Positions 27,961 through 38,611 of a stretch of DNA of 64,000 nt are shown in pieces. The position numbers and the translations under genes were made by a program. The notes beneath the pieces were generated by a model that made no database searches, was not told the origin of the DNA, and saw only the letters and a list, made by a program, of their open reading frames with translations. Source of the stretch: an uncultured bacterium. Lineage in GTDB: Bacteria > Actinomycetota > Acidimicrobiia > Spongiisociales > UBA5794. Position 1 is the first letter of the stretch, and every line of letters begins with the position of its first letter. The stretch covers positions 602,193 through 666,192 of the forward strand of contig CAWDDT010000005.1 of NCBI GenBank assembly GCA_963801165.1, in the 5' to 3' direction.

Positions 27961-28041
27961 ACCGGGCCTCCGTGTCGACGATCAATGACGATCCCCTTGC
28001 CAATGCGATAGAGCCGGGCTAGTGTCATAGTCCTTCTTGAT

Positions 28042-28057
28042 TATTCAACGTTGAATA
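28042..28057. promoter_or_regulatory. Perfect 16-bp palindrome TATTCAACGTTGAATA, likely PadR operator
   Basis: Between divergent padR and the ABC operon. Confidence 0.65.
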
Positions 28058-28116
28058 TATCGGGTTTGACTGTTGTTTGCAACAGTATCGCAGCCAATCT
28101 GCACCAGGAGGTTCAA

Positions 28117-29079
28117 ATGATGATCGAAGCAAGGGGTCTGTCCCGCACCTTCCGCACCAGACACGACGACGTCGAAGCAGTGCGCGGTGTTGACCTCGAT
28201 GTGACCGAAGGCGAGATCGTTGGTTTCCTCGGCCCCAACGGCGCTGGAAAGACCACTACCCTGCGCATGCTGACGACTTTGCTCGAGCCGACGTCGGGGA
28301 CGGCAACGGTTGCCGGCTGCGACCTTGCCAAAGATCCGGTCGGCGTCCGGCGACGTATCGGCTACGTGCCCCAGAGTGGCACCACCTACCCGGAAGCACT
28401 TGCCGGCGAGGAGTTGGTTGATCACGCCCGCATGTACGGCATCACCACCGGGGTTGCCCGTACTCGCGGTCACGAGCTGATGGATCGTTTCGAATTGGAC
28501 GGCGTCTGGGATCGCAAGTGCAGGACCCTGTCGGGCGGTCAACGTCGCCGCCTCGACATCGCCATGGGGTTGATTCACCAGCCGGGTCTCATCTTCCTCG
28601 ATGAGCCGACAACGGGTCTCGACCCGCAGGCGCGGGCGAACCTGTGGGTTCACATACGCAACCTGCGTGATGCGCTCGGGGCCACGGTGTTCATTACCAC
28701 GCACTATCTCGAAGAGGCGGACGCCCTGTGCGATCGCATCCTCGTAATCGACCACGGCGAGATTGTCGCCAGGGGGACTCCCGAAGAGCTCAAGCAACGG
28801 GTCTCCGGGGACACCGTGGAGTTGACTATGGCGAACACCGCCGCGGTCGCCACCGCCGTTCGCGTTGCCTCGGCCCTTCCCGGTGCCGATGAGCCCGACA
28901 CGGATGGCACCACTGTGCGGTTCCACGTGCCACACGGAGGCCAGGTGCTTCCGGCGTTGCTGCGTCAGCTCGACGGTGACGGGGCCGAGCCGCTTGCCGT
29001 CGGCGTTCGTAGGCCGACACTCGACGACGTCTTTCTCACCCTGACCGGCCGATCGCTGCGCGAAGAGCCGGCAGCCTGA
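28117..29079 (+). CDS. DrrA-family ABC exporter ATP-binding protein
   Basis: GPNGAGKTT, LSGGQRRRLD, FLDEPTTGLDP, PTLDDVFL; RBS AGGAGG. Confidence 0.92.
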   Translation: MMIEARGLSRTFRTRHDDVEAVRGVDLDVTEGEIVGFLGPNGAGKTTTLRMLTTLLEPTSGTATVAGCDLAKDPVGVRRRIGYVPQSGTTYPEALAGEELVDHARMYGITTGVARTRGHELMDRFELDGVWDRKCRTLSGGQRRRLDIAMGLIHQPGLIFLDEPTTGLDPQARANLWVHIRNLRDALGATVFITTHYLEEADALCDRILVIDHGEIVARGTPEELKQRVSGDTVELTMANTAAVATAVRVASALPGADEPDTDGTTVRFHVPHGGQVLPALLRQLDGDGAEPLAVGVRRPTLDDVFLTLTGRSLREEPAA

Positions 29080-29099
29080 TCTCGACCCTGGAGGTAATC

Positions 29100-29861
29100 A
29101 TGCGTTTTCTCACCGACACCTGGATTGTCTTCTCCCGGGCCATGAGGCTTTCGGTTCGCAACCCCATCTGGGTGATCCTCGGGTTGATCCAGCCCATCTT
29201 GTACTTGTCGCTGTTCGGTCCGCTGCTCAAGCCGGTAGCGGAGTCTCCCGGGTTCCCGCCGGGTGACCCGTGGCAAGTGTTCGTTCCCGGACTCTTGGTC
29301 CAACTCGGCATCTTCGGAGCCGCCTTCGTAGGGTTCGGTCTCGTTGCTGAGTATCGGGCCGGCGTCGTCGAGCGGATGCGGGTGACCCCGGCGTCGCGGC
29401 TATCGCTGTTGCTGGGCAGAGTGATGCGCGATGTGATCGTTCTCCTGGTGCAGGGCACCATCCTCATCGGTGCAGCCTTGATCTTCGGCTTGCGCGCTCC
29501 CCTGGCCAGCCTGATCGTGGGCCTCGCGGTGGTGGGCGCACTCGGAGCGTCCTTTTCGGCGCTGTCGTATGCCGCCGCGCTGACCCTGAAGAGCGAGGAC
29601 GCCCTGGCGCCGTTGCTCAACGGGCTGGCGGTCCCGACCCTGCTGCTGTCCGGGATCCTGCTGCCGATGAGCCTGGCTCCCCGCTGGCTGGAGCTCGTGT
29701 CCGACTTCAACCCGATCAAGCACATCGTCGACGGCATCCGCCAGATCTTCCTCGGCGAGGTCTTCACCGGTGTGGTCGGCTGGGGAGTATTACTGACGGC
29801 GGCGATGATCGCGGTCGGTCTGGCCGTGGGTGCCCGCACCTTCCAGAAGGAGACCAGCTGA
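29100..29861 (+). CDS. ABC-2 type permease
   Basis: Six TMs, FVPG, GVVERMRVTP, NP motif. Confidence 0.9.
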   Translation: MRFLTDTWIVFSRAMRLSVRNPIWVILGLIQPILYLSLFGPLLKPVAESPGFPPGDPWQVFVPGLLVQLGIFGAAFVGFGLVAEYRAGVVERMRVTPASRLSLLLGRVMRDVIVLLVQGTILIGAALIFGLRAPLASLIVGLAVVGALGASFSALSYAAALTLKSEDALAPLLNGLAVPTLLLSGILLPMSLAPRWLELVSDFNPIKHIVDGIRQIFLGEVFTGVVGWGVLLTAAMIAVGLAVGARTFQKETS

Positions 29862-29863
29862 GC

Positions 29864-30736
29864 TCAGCCCTCGGCCCCGGCGGCTACCTCGGCTGGGTCG
29901 CCGATGAGGAGAAGGTAGCCGTCTTCGATGGTTGGGGCGATGGTGGTTGCGCCGACTGGTGGTGGGCCTATGTGGCGGTAGTGGCCTTCTCCGGTGCGCC
30001 AGGCGACGGCGACGTTAGGGTCCCGCTCGTCTGAGGTCCACACCCGGCCGGCGGCGGTGTCGGTGAGCTGGCGGGGGGTGCCCCGGAACAGGATCCGGCC
30101 GCGGTCCATGACGAGGACCGCCTTGCACAGAGCGGCGATGTCGTCCGTTTGGTGGCTGGACAGCAGCACGGTGCGATCCTCACCGAGCCGGGAGATCATG
30201 TCGCGAAACCGGAGCCGCTGCTCGGGGTCGAGCCCCGCCGTCGGCTCGTCGAGGATGAGCAGGTCGGGGTCACCGATGAGTGATTGGGCGAGGGCGACTC
30301 GGCGCCGCATCCCGCCAGACAGGGTGCGGATCTTCTTGTGTGCTTTGTCGCCGAGCTCGACGAGATCGATCACACGCCGCACCTCGTCGCGGCGTGTCTT
30401 GCGGTCGGTCAGCTCCTTCAAGATGGCGACGTAGTCGACGAACTCGAACACGGTGAAGTTGCGATGGAACCCCGGTTCCTGAGGCATGTAGCCGAGACGC
30501 TGGCGAATCTGAGTCCGCTCCCGCACCCTGGCAGGGTTCCGCCCCAGCAGCGCCACGTCTCCTGAGTCGGGGGCGAGGATGGTGGCGGCGATCCGCAGCA
30601 AGGTCGTCTTGCCGGCGCCGTTGGGACCGAGCAGCCCGGTGACCCCGTCACCGATCTCAGCATCGATGCCACCCAGCGCGATGGTGCTGCCGAAGCTCTT
30701 GGCAACGCCCGTGAACTGGCAGGTTGTATCGGACAT
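29864..30736 (-). CDS. ABC transporter ATP-binding protein
   Basis: GPNGAGKTT, LSGGMRRR, DEPTAGLDP; alternative start 30757. Confidence 0.9.
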   Translation of the reverse strand: MSDTTCQFTGVAKSFGSTIALGGIDAEIGDGVTGLLGPNGAGKTTLLRIAATILAPDSGDVALLGRNPARVRERTQIRQRLGYMPQEPGFHRNFTVFEFVDYVAILKELTDRKTRRDEVRRVIDLVELGDKAHKKIRTLSGGMRRRVALAQSLIGDPDLLILDEPTAGLDPEQRLRFRDMISRLGEDRTVLLSSHQTDDIAALCKAVLVMDRGRILFRGTPRQLTDTAAGRVWTSDERDPNVAVAWRTGEGHYRHIGPPPVGATTIAPTIEDGYLLLIGDPAEVAAGAEG

Positions 30737-30753
30737 GGTGTTCCTCCGGGTGG

Positions 30754-32649
30754 TCATGGGCAGGTGGGGTATGGCTGATCGCCGAGCGTCGCTGTGTCAC
30801 CGAGCCACAACGGATACGCGGCGATGGACTCGGTGTAGTCGGCCGGGTCGAGCCCGGCGCGCAGTATCCACTCCTCGGGCGTGGGCGGCAGCTCGAGGTC
30901 AAAAGCTGCGACGATTGCATCGACAGAGGTTGCCGGGTCGGTCCATTCGGTCCAGTTCTGTCGCAGCGCCACCTCCACCTGCTCGTGGGGGAGGTCGAGC
31001 AGCTGGGCGGCGAGATCCGTCGCCGTTGGCGACCCGAGAACCCCGGCAGCCCAGTCCCGGTCACCGTAGAAGCCGTACTGGATCCACCCGAGTGCGTTCC
31101 ACGGGACGGCTGGTACCGCAGCCCGATCATCATCGGGTTGATACTCGGCGAGCGCTCGGGAGGCGTCGAGCGAAGCGGCGGGACCGTGGAGGCGGATCTC
31201 CCTGTAGATACCGGCGAGCTTGGGACTAGCCTGCGCGGCCAACCAGGCCGCCACCACCTCGCGGGCCTGGCCCTCGGCGTCGCAAGCGACCGTGATGGGA
31301 TGCGGGCTGGCCTGCCGGGCTGTCGCGCCGCCTGCTGTCTTCGAAGACGCTGCGGACTGGGAGTCGCTCGGTATCGGGTCCGATTGGGTGGTCTTTGCCG
31401 GGCCGGCGGTGCTGCTCTCGACTTCGATAGGGGCAACCGGCAGACCCACCGCCCGGATGGCGACGCCGATCGCCAGCGGGGCACGGTCTGGCAGGTAGAG
31501 CGTCTCGCCAACCCGAACCGGCCGCGGGTCGGTGATGGGGCTGTCGAACAGCGTGTCGGCGCGGTCCCTCAATATCTGCATCGTGGGGTCGCTTTCCCCG
31601 GGGAATTCGTCAAAGAGCTGCGAGGGGTACGGGTGGTGCCACTGCTCCACCAGTAGTGCGGGACGATCAGCGGTCGGGATGGGGGCGACGACAGCGCCGA
31701 TGGTGCTGTCCCACCAGTCGATCCAGCGCTCATAGCCGGGGAACACCTGATAGGTGACCCCGTTGCGCTCGACCGTGACCCAGTACGACGACGGGTTGGT
31801 GATCTGATCCCAGACCTTGTTCGCCTGGGTGTCGGTGGGTGGCTTCGCCTGGACAACGCCACCGGATACAAGCAGCACGATCCCGAGGCCAACGGTCCCG
31901 AGGGGTGCCATCCGGGGCCCGTGCCGCAGAACGGAGATAGCTCCTATCAGAGCGGCCGCCCCGACTAGATAGGCGACATGTGCCCATGTCGGTCGAATCC
32001 AGAGATCGAAGCCGCCGTACCACAGCACGGTGTGCCACCAGGAGAACCAGTGTCTGGTTCCCGGGGCGTCTTGGAGGGCGATCTGGACGGCGGCGACGAG
32101 ACCGAGACCGATGAGGCCGCCGAAGCGGTTGGGGAGCCAGGTGCCGGCAGCGACCCCGGCGAGAGCGGCGATCCCGACGACGAGTGGACCGATCAGCAAC
32201 TCGCCGAGATTGGGGCTGCCGGTCCCGCCCAGCAGGTACAGGTAGACCGTGTAGACGGTGACCATCACGACGGCCAGCGGGACGACGACCAGCGACCCGA
32301 GCAGGTGGCCCAGGGTGCGGGCTCGGAGCGCGGCAGGCGCCGGCTCCTCGATCTCCAGCGTCCCGTGTCGTTGTGCCCGTGAAGTCTGCAGCTGCGCCAC
32401 CAGCAGGGCGGCGCCGGACAGTGGCGCAAGCCCGAGGCCCACATAGGTCGAGTAGCCGCCGAGGTGGGGGAGTTGGTCCCGGTTGAACGACCACAGCAGG
32501 TACAGGCAGGCCGCGACTCCGATCCAGATGAGCGGATGGCGCAACGTCGACCTCGCCTCATGTCGTGCCAGCGTCGGCCAGACCCGGCCGTGCCTCGCCG
32601 CCGGTTCGCCGGGAGCGACACCGGTGCGCGGTGCGGTGGTGACCGTCAT
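30754..32649 (-). CDS. ABC permease-like membrane protein with large C-terminal extracellular domain
   Basis: Six to seven N-terminal TMs; TGATG overlap with upstream gene. Confidence 0.75.
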   Translation of the reverse strand: MTVTTAPRTGVAPGEPAARHGRVWPTLARHEARSTLRHPLIWIGVAACLYLLWSFNRDQLPHLGGYSTYVGLGLAPLSGAALLVAQLQTSRAQRHGTLEIEEPAPAALRARTLGHLLGSLVVVPLAVVMVTVYTVYLYLLGGTGSPNLGELLIGPLVVGIAALAGVAAGTWLPNRFGGLIGLGLVAAVQIALQDAPGTRHWFSWWHTVLWYGGFDLWIRPTWAHVAYLVGAAALIGAISVLRHGPRMAPLGTVGLGIVLLVSGGVVQAKPPTDTQANKVWDQITNPSSYWVTVERNGVTYQVFPGYERWIDWWDSTIGAVVAPIPTADRPALLVEQWHHPYPSQLFDEFPGESDPTMQILRDRADTLFDSPITDPRPVRVGETLYLPDRAPLAIGVAIRAVGLPVAPIEVESSTAGPAKTTQSDPIPSDSQSAASSKTAGGATARQASPHPITVACDAEGQAREVVAAWLAAQASPKLAGIYREIRLHGPAASLDASRALAEYQPDDDRAAVPAVPWNALGWIQYGFYGDRDWAAGVLGSPTATDLAAQLLDLPHEQVEVALRQNWTEWTDPATSVDAIVAAFDLELPPTPEEWILRAGLDPADYTESIAAYPLWLGDTATLGDQPYPTCP

Positions 32650-33350
32650 CAGCTGCTCCTTCCCAGGGCCGGGACGCGAACGGCACCCCGGCTGGTTCCA
32701 CTGATCCCGTATGCAATGCCGGCCCATGTCACCGTGGCGAGAACTGCCCAGCGGCGGTGGCCATCCACCCACGCCAGCCACATCGCCGATGGTGTCTCAC
32801 CTGCCGCCGGGGCGATGGCAGGTGAGGGGAAGAACGACCACCGTTCGGGCAGCAACAGCAGTACAACCACCGCGGTCAGCAGTGATATCGCCGCGGCCAT
32901 GCCACCTGCCTCCCGCCCCGTTCGCATGACGAGGACGGCGATCACCCACACAATGCCCACCAGAGCTGTGAACTCGAGCGTCAGGGATGTCCGGGGCAGC
33001 GCACGCATCCCGCCCTCGGCGACCGTTCCCAGCCCTGTATTCATCCAGGAGAGAAACACCCACCAGCCGGCGGCAACCACGGGCAGGGTGACGACGAGGC
33101 GGGCAAGGCGCTGCAGGGACAGAGGCACCGGCTTGCCGTCGAGCAGGCTGACGGCCGGATCGTCGAACACGAACGCCGCCGATGCCGCAAACGCCACGCC
33201 ACCGACACGGAGCCCGAACACGAGATCGTCCGGATACGGGTTGCGGCGGGACGCCGCAAGGGCGAAGGCGCCGGCCAAACCAAGCCCGAGATGCCACCAC
33301 GGGATGAGCCGCACGGTGCGGGCCACCACCCTTGGGAAGGTGCGGATCAT
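32649..33350 (-). CDS. ABC-associated membrane protein
   Basis: Multi-TM, AAFVFDDPA motif; ATGA overlap. Confidence 0.7.
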   Translation of the reverse strand: MIRTFPRVVARTVRLIPWWHLGLGLAGAFALAASRRNPYPDDLVFGLRVGGVAFAASAAFVFDDPAVSLLDGKPVPLSLQRLARLVVTLPVVAAGWWVFLSWMNTGLGTVAEGGMRALPRTSLTLEFTALVGIVWVIAVLVMRTGREAGGMAAAISLLTAVVVLLLLPERWSFFPSPAIAPAAGETPSAMWLAWVDGHRRWAVLATVTWAGIAYGISGTSRGAVRVPALGRSS

Positions 33351-34165
33351 CGGGACACCTCGAAGGTGTCCCGGCGGGCCGCCAGCACTACCACTGCAGC
33401 GACGAGCAGCGCCGCAAACACGAGCTGCCCGCTCCAACCGAACTCGATGAGTGCGTTCGGGCCGAGCTCGATTGCGCCTATCCCGGCAACCCAGACCAGA
33501 ACCGACCCGGCTGCGGCGGTGAGCGGCGAGACAAAGGTGCTCATGGCCAGTGTGGTCGCGGCCAGTGCCAGTGCCGGCAGGATCCAGGCCGCCGTCATCA
33601 GCCCGGCGTCGGGGAGCAGCAACGCCATCACAAACGCCAGGCTCATCGATGCGGTCACCACCGCAACCGTCCGGATCAGGAGCAAACGGAAACCGTGGAA
33701 CGGAGAGGCCACCGCCACTTCGTGGGCGGGATCACCAACCGGGCCAAACGCTACGGCCACACCGGCCACCGGCACTACAGGAGCCAGCAGCAGGAACAGG
33801 AACAAGTCCGGCCGGGCACCGGTCGTCCCCGGATCGGTGTTCCATGCGATGGCCAGGGCGAAACCCAACACGGCTGTCACGGCGACCAGCCATGGGACGG
33901 TGAGCGACGGGGTCGCCCCAGAAGCCTGCGCCAGGTGCTCGGGAACACCGGTGGCGACCAGCAGCCGCTCGATCGGGTGACGCCGCGGCGTGTCGATGTC
34001 ATCGAGCGTCGACCGCCAGATCTCGTCGAGCCGGCTCCGGTCGGCGAGCGCGGTGCGACGACAGGCATCGCAGCCGGCGACGTGGGTCTCGATGGACCAT
34101 GCCTGAGAAGTAGGGAGCCCGCGGGAGTAGGCCTGTAGCTGCTCGGAGGAGGGGTGCCAGGTCAT
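33347..34165 (-). CDS. zf-HC2 anti-sigma factor with multiple TMs
   Basis: HVAGCDACR (HxxxCxxC); ATGA overlap with sigma. Confidence 0.88.
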   Translation of the reverse strand: MTWHPSSEQLQAYSRGLPTSQAWSIETHVAGCDACRRTALADRSRLDEIWRSTLDDIDTPRRHPIERLLVATGVPEHLAQASGATPSLTVPWLVAVTAVLGFALAIAWNTDPGTTGARPDLFLFLLLAPVVPVAGVAVAFGPVGDPAHEVAVASPFHGFRLLLIRTVAVVTASMSLAFVMALLLPDAGLMTAAWILPALALAATTLAMSTFVSPLTAAAGSVLVWVAGIGAIELGPNALIEFGWSGQLVFAALLVAAVVVLAARRDTFEVSR

Positions 34166-34692
34166 GTCGCCAGGTCCTCTCGAAGCAAGCGGCGAGCCCG
34201 CATCATCCGCGTCTTGACGGTGCCTGCCGGTATGCCGAGCAGCGATGCGGTTTCCCGGGCGGTGAGCCCGTCGAGCACCATCGCCTGTACCACGGCCTTC
34301 AGCTCGGGCGACAACCGATCGAGGGCGGTACCGGCGTCGCTGTGCTCGATCCCGATCAGGACCTCGTCTTCGGCGGAGGCGACGACACCGGGTTTGATGA
34401 ACTCGGCGACGGTCTCCCAGCGTGAGCGGCGACGTACCCGGTCGAGCATGCGGCGGAAGGCGATACCCCACAGCCAGGCGGCGACGTCGCCGGAGCGCTG
34501 GTACGCCGACGGCTTGCGCCACACCGCAACGAACGTGTCCTGCACCGCCTCGTTCACGATGTCCGCATCCCCGCAGCGACGCGACAGCCGTACCACCAAC
34601 CACCCGGCGTGCCGTTCATACAGCTCACGTAGCGCAGCTCGATCCCGGTCGGCGATGGCCGCCAGTAGTTCGATGTCGGTTGATGCCCACAC
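34162..34692 (-). CDS. ECF RNA polymerase sigma factor
   Basis: EAVQDTFVAVW, WLWGIA, LGIPAGTVKTRM; TGAACC-N17-CGACA promoter at 34726-34699. Confidence 0.92.
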   Translation of the reverse strand: MWASTDIELLAAIADRDRAALRELYERHAGWLVVRLSRRCGDADIVNEAVQDTFVAVWRKPSAYQRSGDVAAWLWGIAFRRMLDRVRRRSRWETVAEFIKPGVVASAEDEVLIGIEHSDAGTALDRLSPELKAVVQAMVLDGLTARETASLLGIPAGTVKTRMMRARRLLREDLAT

Positions 34693-34723
34693 CCATACTG
34701 TCGCAGCTCACCGCCGCAACGGT

Positions 34724-37237
34724 TCATGCAATCGGGCGCAGCATCTGGGCGGTTGGGGGGCGACGAGAGAACAGCGCACCGACCGCACCGGCTATCAGAG
34801 GGAGCATGATGCCGACGACGGCGAACGCAAGCCAGGGCACGACGAACGGATAGTCCTGTCTGGACGCCAACTGGATCAGCGTGACCGGGAGAAACCCGGC
34901 AGGGATCGCCAGCCACCCCGCCAGGCCTGTGAGCAGCATCGCCCGATACCCGGCGACGAATCGTCTGGTGTTGGGAGCGGAGCCGACCGCGGTGAGGATG
35001 GCCCGATCCCGGCGTGACTCGGCTGAGACGAGTGCAACGGCGACGGCGATTATGGCCAGGGCGATCACCGCTGCAAAGCCGAGCAATGCTGCGCGGAACA
35101 GACCGGAGTCGAATTGGGTATCGGCGAAGCCGAACACGGTTAGCCCGGCAAACTGGGACGCCAATGTCTTGGCTGCGGCGAGTTGCTCGTCGGTGATCGG
35201 GGCGGCGGCACGCACAATTGTCCGGTACGGCGGGTCTGCGATGAGGCCGAGCTCGGACGCCCTTTCAGGGGAGATGATCACCGTCGGGATGTCGCCCCCG
35301 CGTTCGCTATACAGCCCGGGCGAAGCCGCCACGGCGGGAATATCGAGGTATGCGGGGTCGAATGCTGTGCCACCGGTGGGATCCTCGAGGTGCGCAACTC
35401 CGTTTTCCACTATTCCGTCGACCAGCACCACCGCGTCTCCTGCCTCGAGATCGTCCGTGAAGGCCTCGCCATGCACGGCGTACAGCAGGTCCGGGCCACC
35501 GATGTAGAGATTCTGCGATACGGTCATGTCGTAGGTCGTGTCGCCCTCAACGTACTCCTGTGTCGCCCCGCGTACGTATGCCGGCATGTCGCCGAAATCC
35601 GGCGGCAGGTTCCAAGCGGTAGAGAAGGAGGCATACCGAGCGGAGGCTGCAACCGCCCCCGGCAGGACCTCGTTCTCGAGCCGGTTCAGATATGCCGCAG
35701 CAGCGGGGTCGTCGGAACCGTCCGGCGCCACCGATAGTGACACCACAAGCTGGTCGCGCGCCAGATACGGGACACGGTCTTCCCGGGTGTCGGAAGACAG
35801 GGTCGCCGTGGCCACCGCGATCGGCAGGATCAGCGCAACTGTGGCGGCGGCGACGGCGGCACCGGTACGACGCCCGTGGCGGCTGGTGTCGCGGGCCGCA
35901 ATGCGCGCAGCAAGGGGAAGCCGGGAGGCGGTTCGACCGATGAGCGTCACCAACAGAGGGATGGTGATCAGGAACCCAACAATGGTGAGGCCCGGTCCGG
36001 CGAAGAGCCCCAGGTCGGAGTGGGAGATCGTTCCCCACACGGTGATCGTTATACCTACGGCGATACCGATTAAACCCAACCTGGCGAACGACCCCGGTGA
36101 CCGCGGGGATGGGGTCCGGCCGGCGAGCGCATCCATCGCGGCGATCCGGGTCGCGGCGCGAGCCGGGCCACTGGCAGCCAGCAACGAAGTCGCCGTACCG
36201 AGAACGACGGCACCGACCGGCAGCAGCCAGGGTACCGAGAGGGGCCCGGCGATCCGGTTACCGAGGCGGTCGAGAAAGCTGGTCGACGCCAACCACAGGC
36301 CGAACCCGAGCCCGGCCCCCACGCCAACCAGCGATCCGACCAAACCGAGGAGAAGACCACCGGCGCGGACGAGCGCTTTGACGTGCCTCGCTTCGGCACC
36401 GGACGCCCCGATTATCCCGATGGTGCGCAGGATCCGACGAGTGCCGACGACGAAGGCTGCGGTCGCGATCAGCCCCGTTTCCGCCAGCACGAGCGCGGCG
36501 AGACCGAATGGCACGCCGAGAAAGACCAACGAAGACGTCGTGTCCAGCGCCGCATCGGCCCGGCGCTGGTAGCCGAGATTGAGCGCATCTGCGACGGCGG
36601 GGGCGGCCGTGTCGGACATTCCGGTCGGAAGATCGAGATAGACGCCCACCTCGTACGCATCGGGTGTGGTGGTGAGCGAGCCCGGCGGAACGATGGCGAC
36701 GGGGAAACTGAGATCCTCGGGTCTGATCACCGTGCCGACGACTGTGTACGAGATGTGTCCATCGCTTAGCTCGATCGTTTCGCCGAGCTCGACTCCGAAA
36801 CGCTCGAGCACCGATGGTTCTACCGCGATCTCATCGGGCACAGCCGGGGCTCGCCCGCTTTCGACCTGGTAAATAGGCCCGAGAATCGGATCGGAGGGAT
36901 CGATATCCTCGACGAGGACGAACTCGTAGGATCCGTTGACGATCGTTTCGGTGTCCCATTCATAGCGGACCGAGCCAATGGCGCCGGGGAGCCGGGCTTG
37001 CACATCGGCGAGGGCGAGCGGCTCACCCTGCGACAGCAAGGCAAAGTCGGCGCTACCCATCTCGCCTGTGGCGCTGTCCTCCGCAGTCGGAGTGATTGTG
37101 GCCATAACGGCAGCGCCCACGGTCAACCCCATGATGGGCAGGGCGATCATGGCGACGACCAGCAGGCTCCGCCACCGGTTGCGCTTGATGTCGCGCCAGG
37201 CCATGCGGGTCAACGCCCGGCGCGCCGCCGGCTTCAC
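34724..37237 (-). CDS. FtsX-like ABC permease (duplicated)
   Basis: MAWRDIKRNRWRSLLV; two permease halves; GTGA overlap with ATPase. Confidence 0.85.
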   Translation of the reverse strand: MKPAARRALTRMAWRDIKRNRWRSLLVVAMIALPIMGLTVGAAVMATITPTAEDSATGEMGSADFALLSQGEPLALADVQARLPGAIGSVRYEWDTETIVNGSYEFVLVEDIDPSDPILGPIYQVESGRAPAVPDEIAVEPSVLERFGVELGETIELSDGHISYTVVGTVIRPEDLSFPVAIVPPGSLTTTPDAYEVGVYLDLPTGMSDTAAPAVADALNLGYQRRADAALDTTSSLVFLGVPFGLAALVLAETGLIATAAFVVGTRRILRTIGIIGASGAEARHVKALVRAGGLLLGLVGSLVGVGAGLGFGLWLASTSFLDRLGNRIAGPLSVPWLLPVGAVVLGTATSLLAASGPARAATRIAAMDALAGRTPSPRSPGSFARLGLIGIAVGITITVWGTISHSDLGLFAGPGLTIVGFLITIPLLVTLIGRTASRLPLAARIAARDTSRHGRRTGAAVAAATVALILPIAVATATLSSDTREDRVPYLARDQLVVSLSVAPDGSDDPAAAAYLNRLENEVLPGAVAASARYASFSTAWNLPPDFGDMPAYVRGATQEYVEGDTTYDMTVSQNLYIGGPDLLYAVHGEAFTDDLEAGDAVVLVDGIVENGVAHLEDPTGGTAFDPAYLDIPAVAASPGLYSERGGDIPTVIISPERASELGLIADPPYRTIVRAAAPITDEQLAAAKTLASQFAGLTVFGFADTQFDSGLFRAALLGFAAVIALAIIAVAVALVSAESRRDRAILTAVGSAPNTRRFVAGYRAMLLTGLAGWLAIPAGFLPVTLIQLASRQDYPFVVPWLAFAVVGIMLPLIAGAVGALFSRRPPTAQMLRPIA

Positions 37238-37956
37238 GTGAGGCTTCCATCGAGCAGAGAGTCGGGACCGTCGACACCTACGGCCTCGTCGACCATCCGA
37301 CCGTCGCGGAGAAACACAATGCGGTCGGCCCAGGCGGCGAAACGGGCGTCGTGGGTCACCAAGATCGCCGACCCTCCTGCATCGCAATGACGCCGCATCA
37401 TCCGCAGCACGGTCTCACCGGTCATAGAGTCGAGCGCACCGGTCGGCTCGTCGGCCAGCAGCACCACCCGGTCACCGACGATCGCTCTGGCGATGGCAAC
37501 CCGCTGCTGCTCGCCACCCGACAGCTCCTCGGGAAAGCGGTCGGCGAGATCCCGCAACTCCACCGCTTCGAGTGCGTCGAGCGCCGCCCGGCGGGCCGCC
37601 CGGCGATGGGTACCATCGAGTTCCAGCGGCAGCGACACGTTCTCGGCGGCGGTCAGGCCTTCGATGAGGTTGTACTGCTGGAAGACGTACCCGATCCGGA
37701 TTCGCCGCAGCCTCGCCAGCTCCGAGTACGACAGCGAAGCCAGGTCGGTGCCCTCCACCTCGACCACGCCATCGGTTGGCCGATCGAGACCACCGGCGAG
37801 GGAGAGGAGCGTTGTCTTGCCGGAGCCTGACGGTCCCATCACCGCGACCATCTCTCCTGCGGCGAGCGACAGGGTGACATCGGCCAGGGCGGTGACCGCG
37901 GTATGGCCGGTGCCGAACTGCCGGGTTACGACCTTCATTCCCAATGCAGGTGTCAT
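37234..37956 (-). CDS. ABC ATP-binding protein (LolD type)
   Basis: GPSGSGKTT, LSGGEQQRVAIAR, LADEPTGALD. Confidence 0.92.
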   Translation of the reverse strand: MTPALGMKVVTRQFGTGHTAVTALADVTLSLAAGEMVAVMGPSGSGKTTLLSLAGGLDRPTDGVVEVEGTDLASLSYSELARLRRIRIGYVFQQYNLIEGLTAAENVSLPLELDGTHRRAARRAALDALEAVELRDLADRFPEELSGGEQQRVAIARAIVGDRVVLLADEPTGALDSMTGETVLRMMRRHCDAGGSAILVTHDARFAAWADRIVFLRDGRMVDEAVGVDGPDSLLDGSLT

Positions 37957-38516
37957 GTGTGCACCTCGCTCTCCTCGGGTTGTGCGGTGTGTCGCAGCTC
38001 CGGTCGATTCGACCGGGCGATGCGCGTCTCGCAGGTATCGAGCCAGCGCACCCGGGCCTCGATCTTGAAGATGATCGAGTCGAGCAGGATCTCCCACGAC
38101 AGGTCGTTGCCGGTGGGCGGGTCGGTCTTGAGCCGGGTGTATTGCTGGAGCTCCTGGAGGAGTGCTTTACGCTCGGATTGGATTACCGCAGCCACGTCGA
38201 CGGTGGGCTTGAGGACGGCAAGCGATATCTTGAGGACGATCTCGTCGCGAGTCTCCGACGCCCCCCGGCTCGGCTGTCCGAACCACCCCGCCATCTCCTT
38301 GCGACCTGCGTCGGTGATCGCATAGAGCTTCTGCCCGTCGCTCTCCTCAGCCAGTCTCACCAAGCCATCGCGCTCCAACCGGGAGATCGTGGTGTATACC
38401 TGCCCCACGTTGAGCGGCCATACCCCGCCTGTGCTCTCCTCGAAAACGTTCTTCAGCTCCAGCCCATACATGGGCCGCTCATCGAGCATCGCCAGCAGAC
38501 TCATAGACACCGACAC
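37953..38516 (-). CDS. PadR-family regulator
   Basis: YGLELK, WPLNVGQVYTT..RLERDG. Confidence 0.9.
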   Translation of the reverse strand: MSVSMSLLAMLDERPMYGLELKNVFEESTGGVWPLNVGQVYTTISRLERDGLVRLAEESDGQKLYAITDAGRKEMAGWFGQPSRGASETRDEIVLKISLAVLKPTVDVAAVIQSERKALLQELQQYTRLKTDPPTGNDLSWEILLDSIIFKIEARVRWLDTCETRIARSNRPELRHTAQPEESEVHT

Positions 38517-38538
38517 TCAACACACTCCGGACCTTGAT

Positions 38539-38564
38539 TATACCGAGTATATATACTGAGTATA
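38539..38564. promoter_or_regulatory. Tandem TATAC(C/T)GAGTATA boxes, likely PadR operator
   Basis: Two 13-bp near-palindromes immediately upstream of padR. Confidence 0.6.
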
Positions 38565-38611
38565 GCGCTTGGTGTCAATGGGTTCTTGCTCGAGCGTGGT
38601 GGTCTCGGGCC

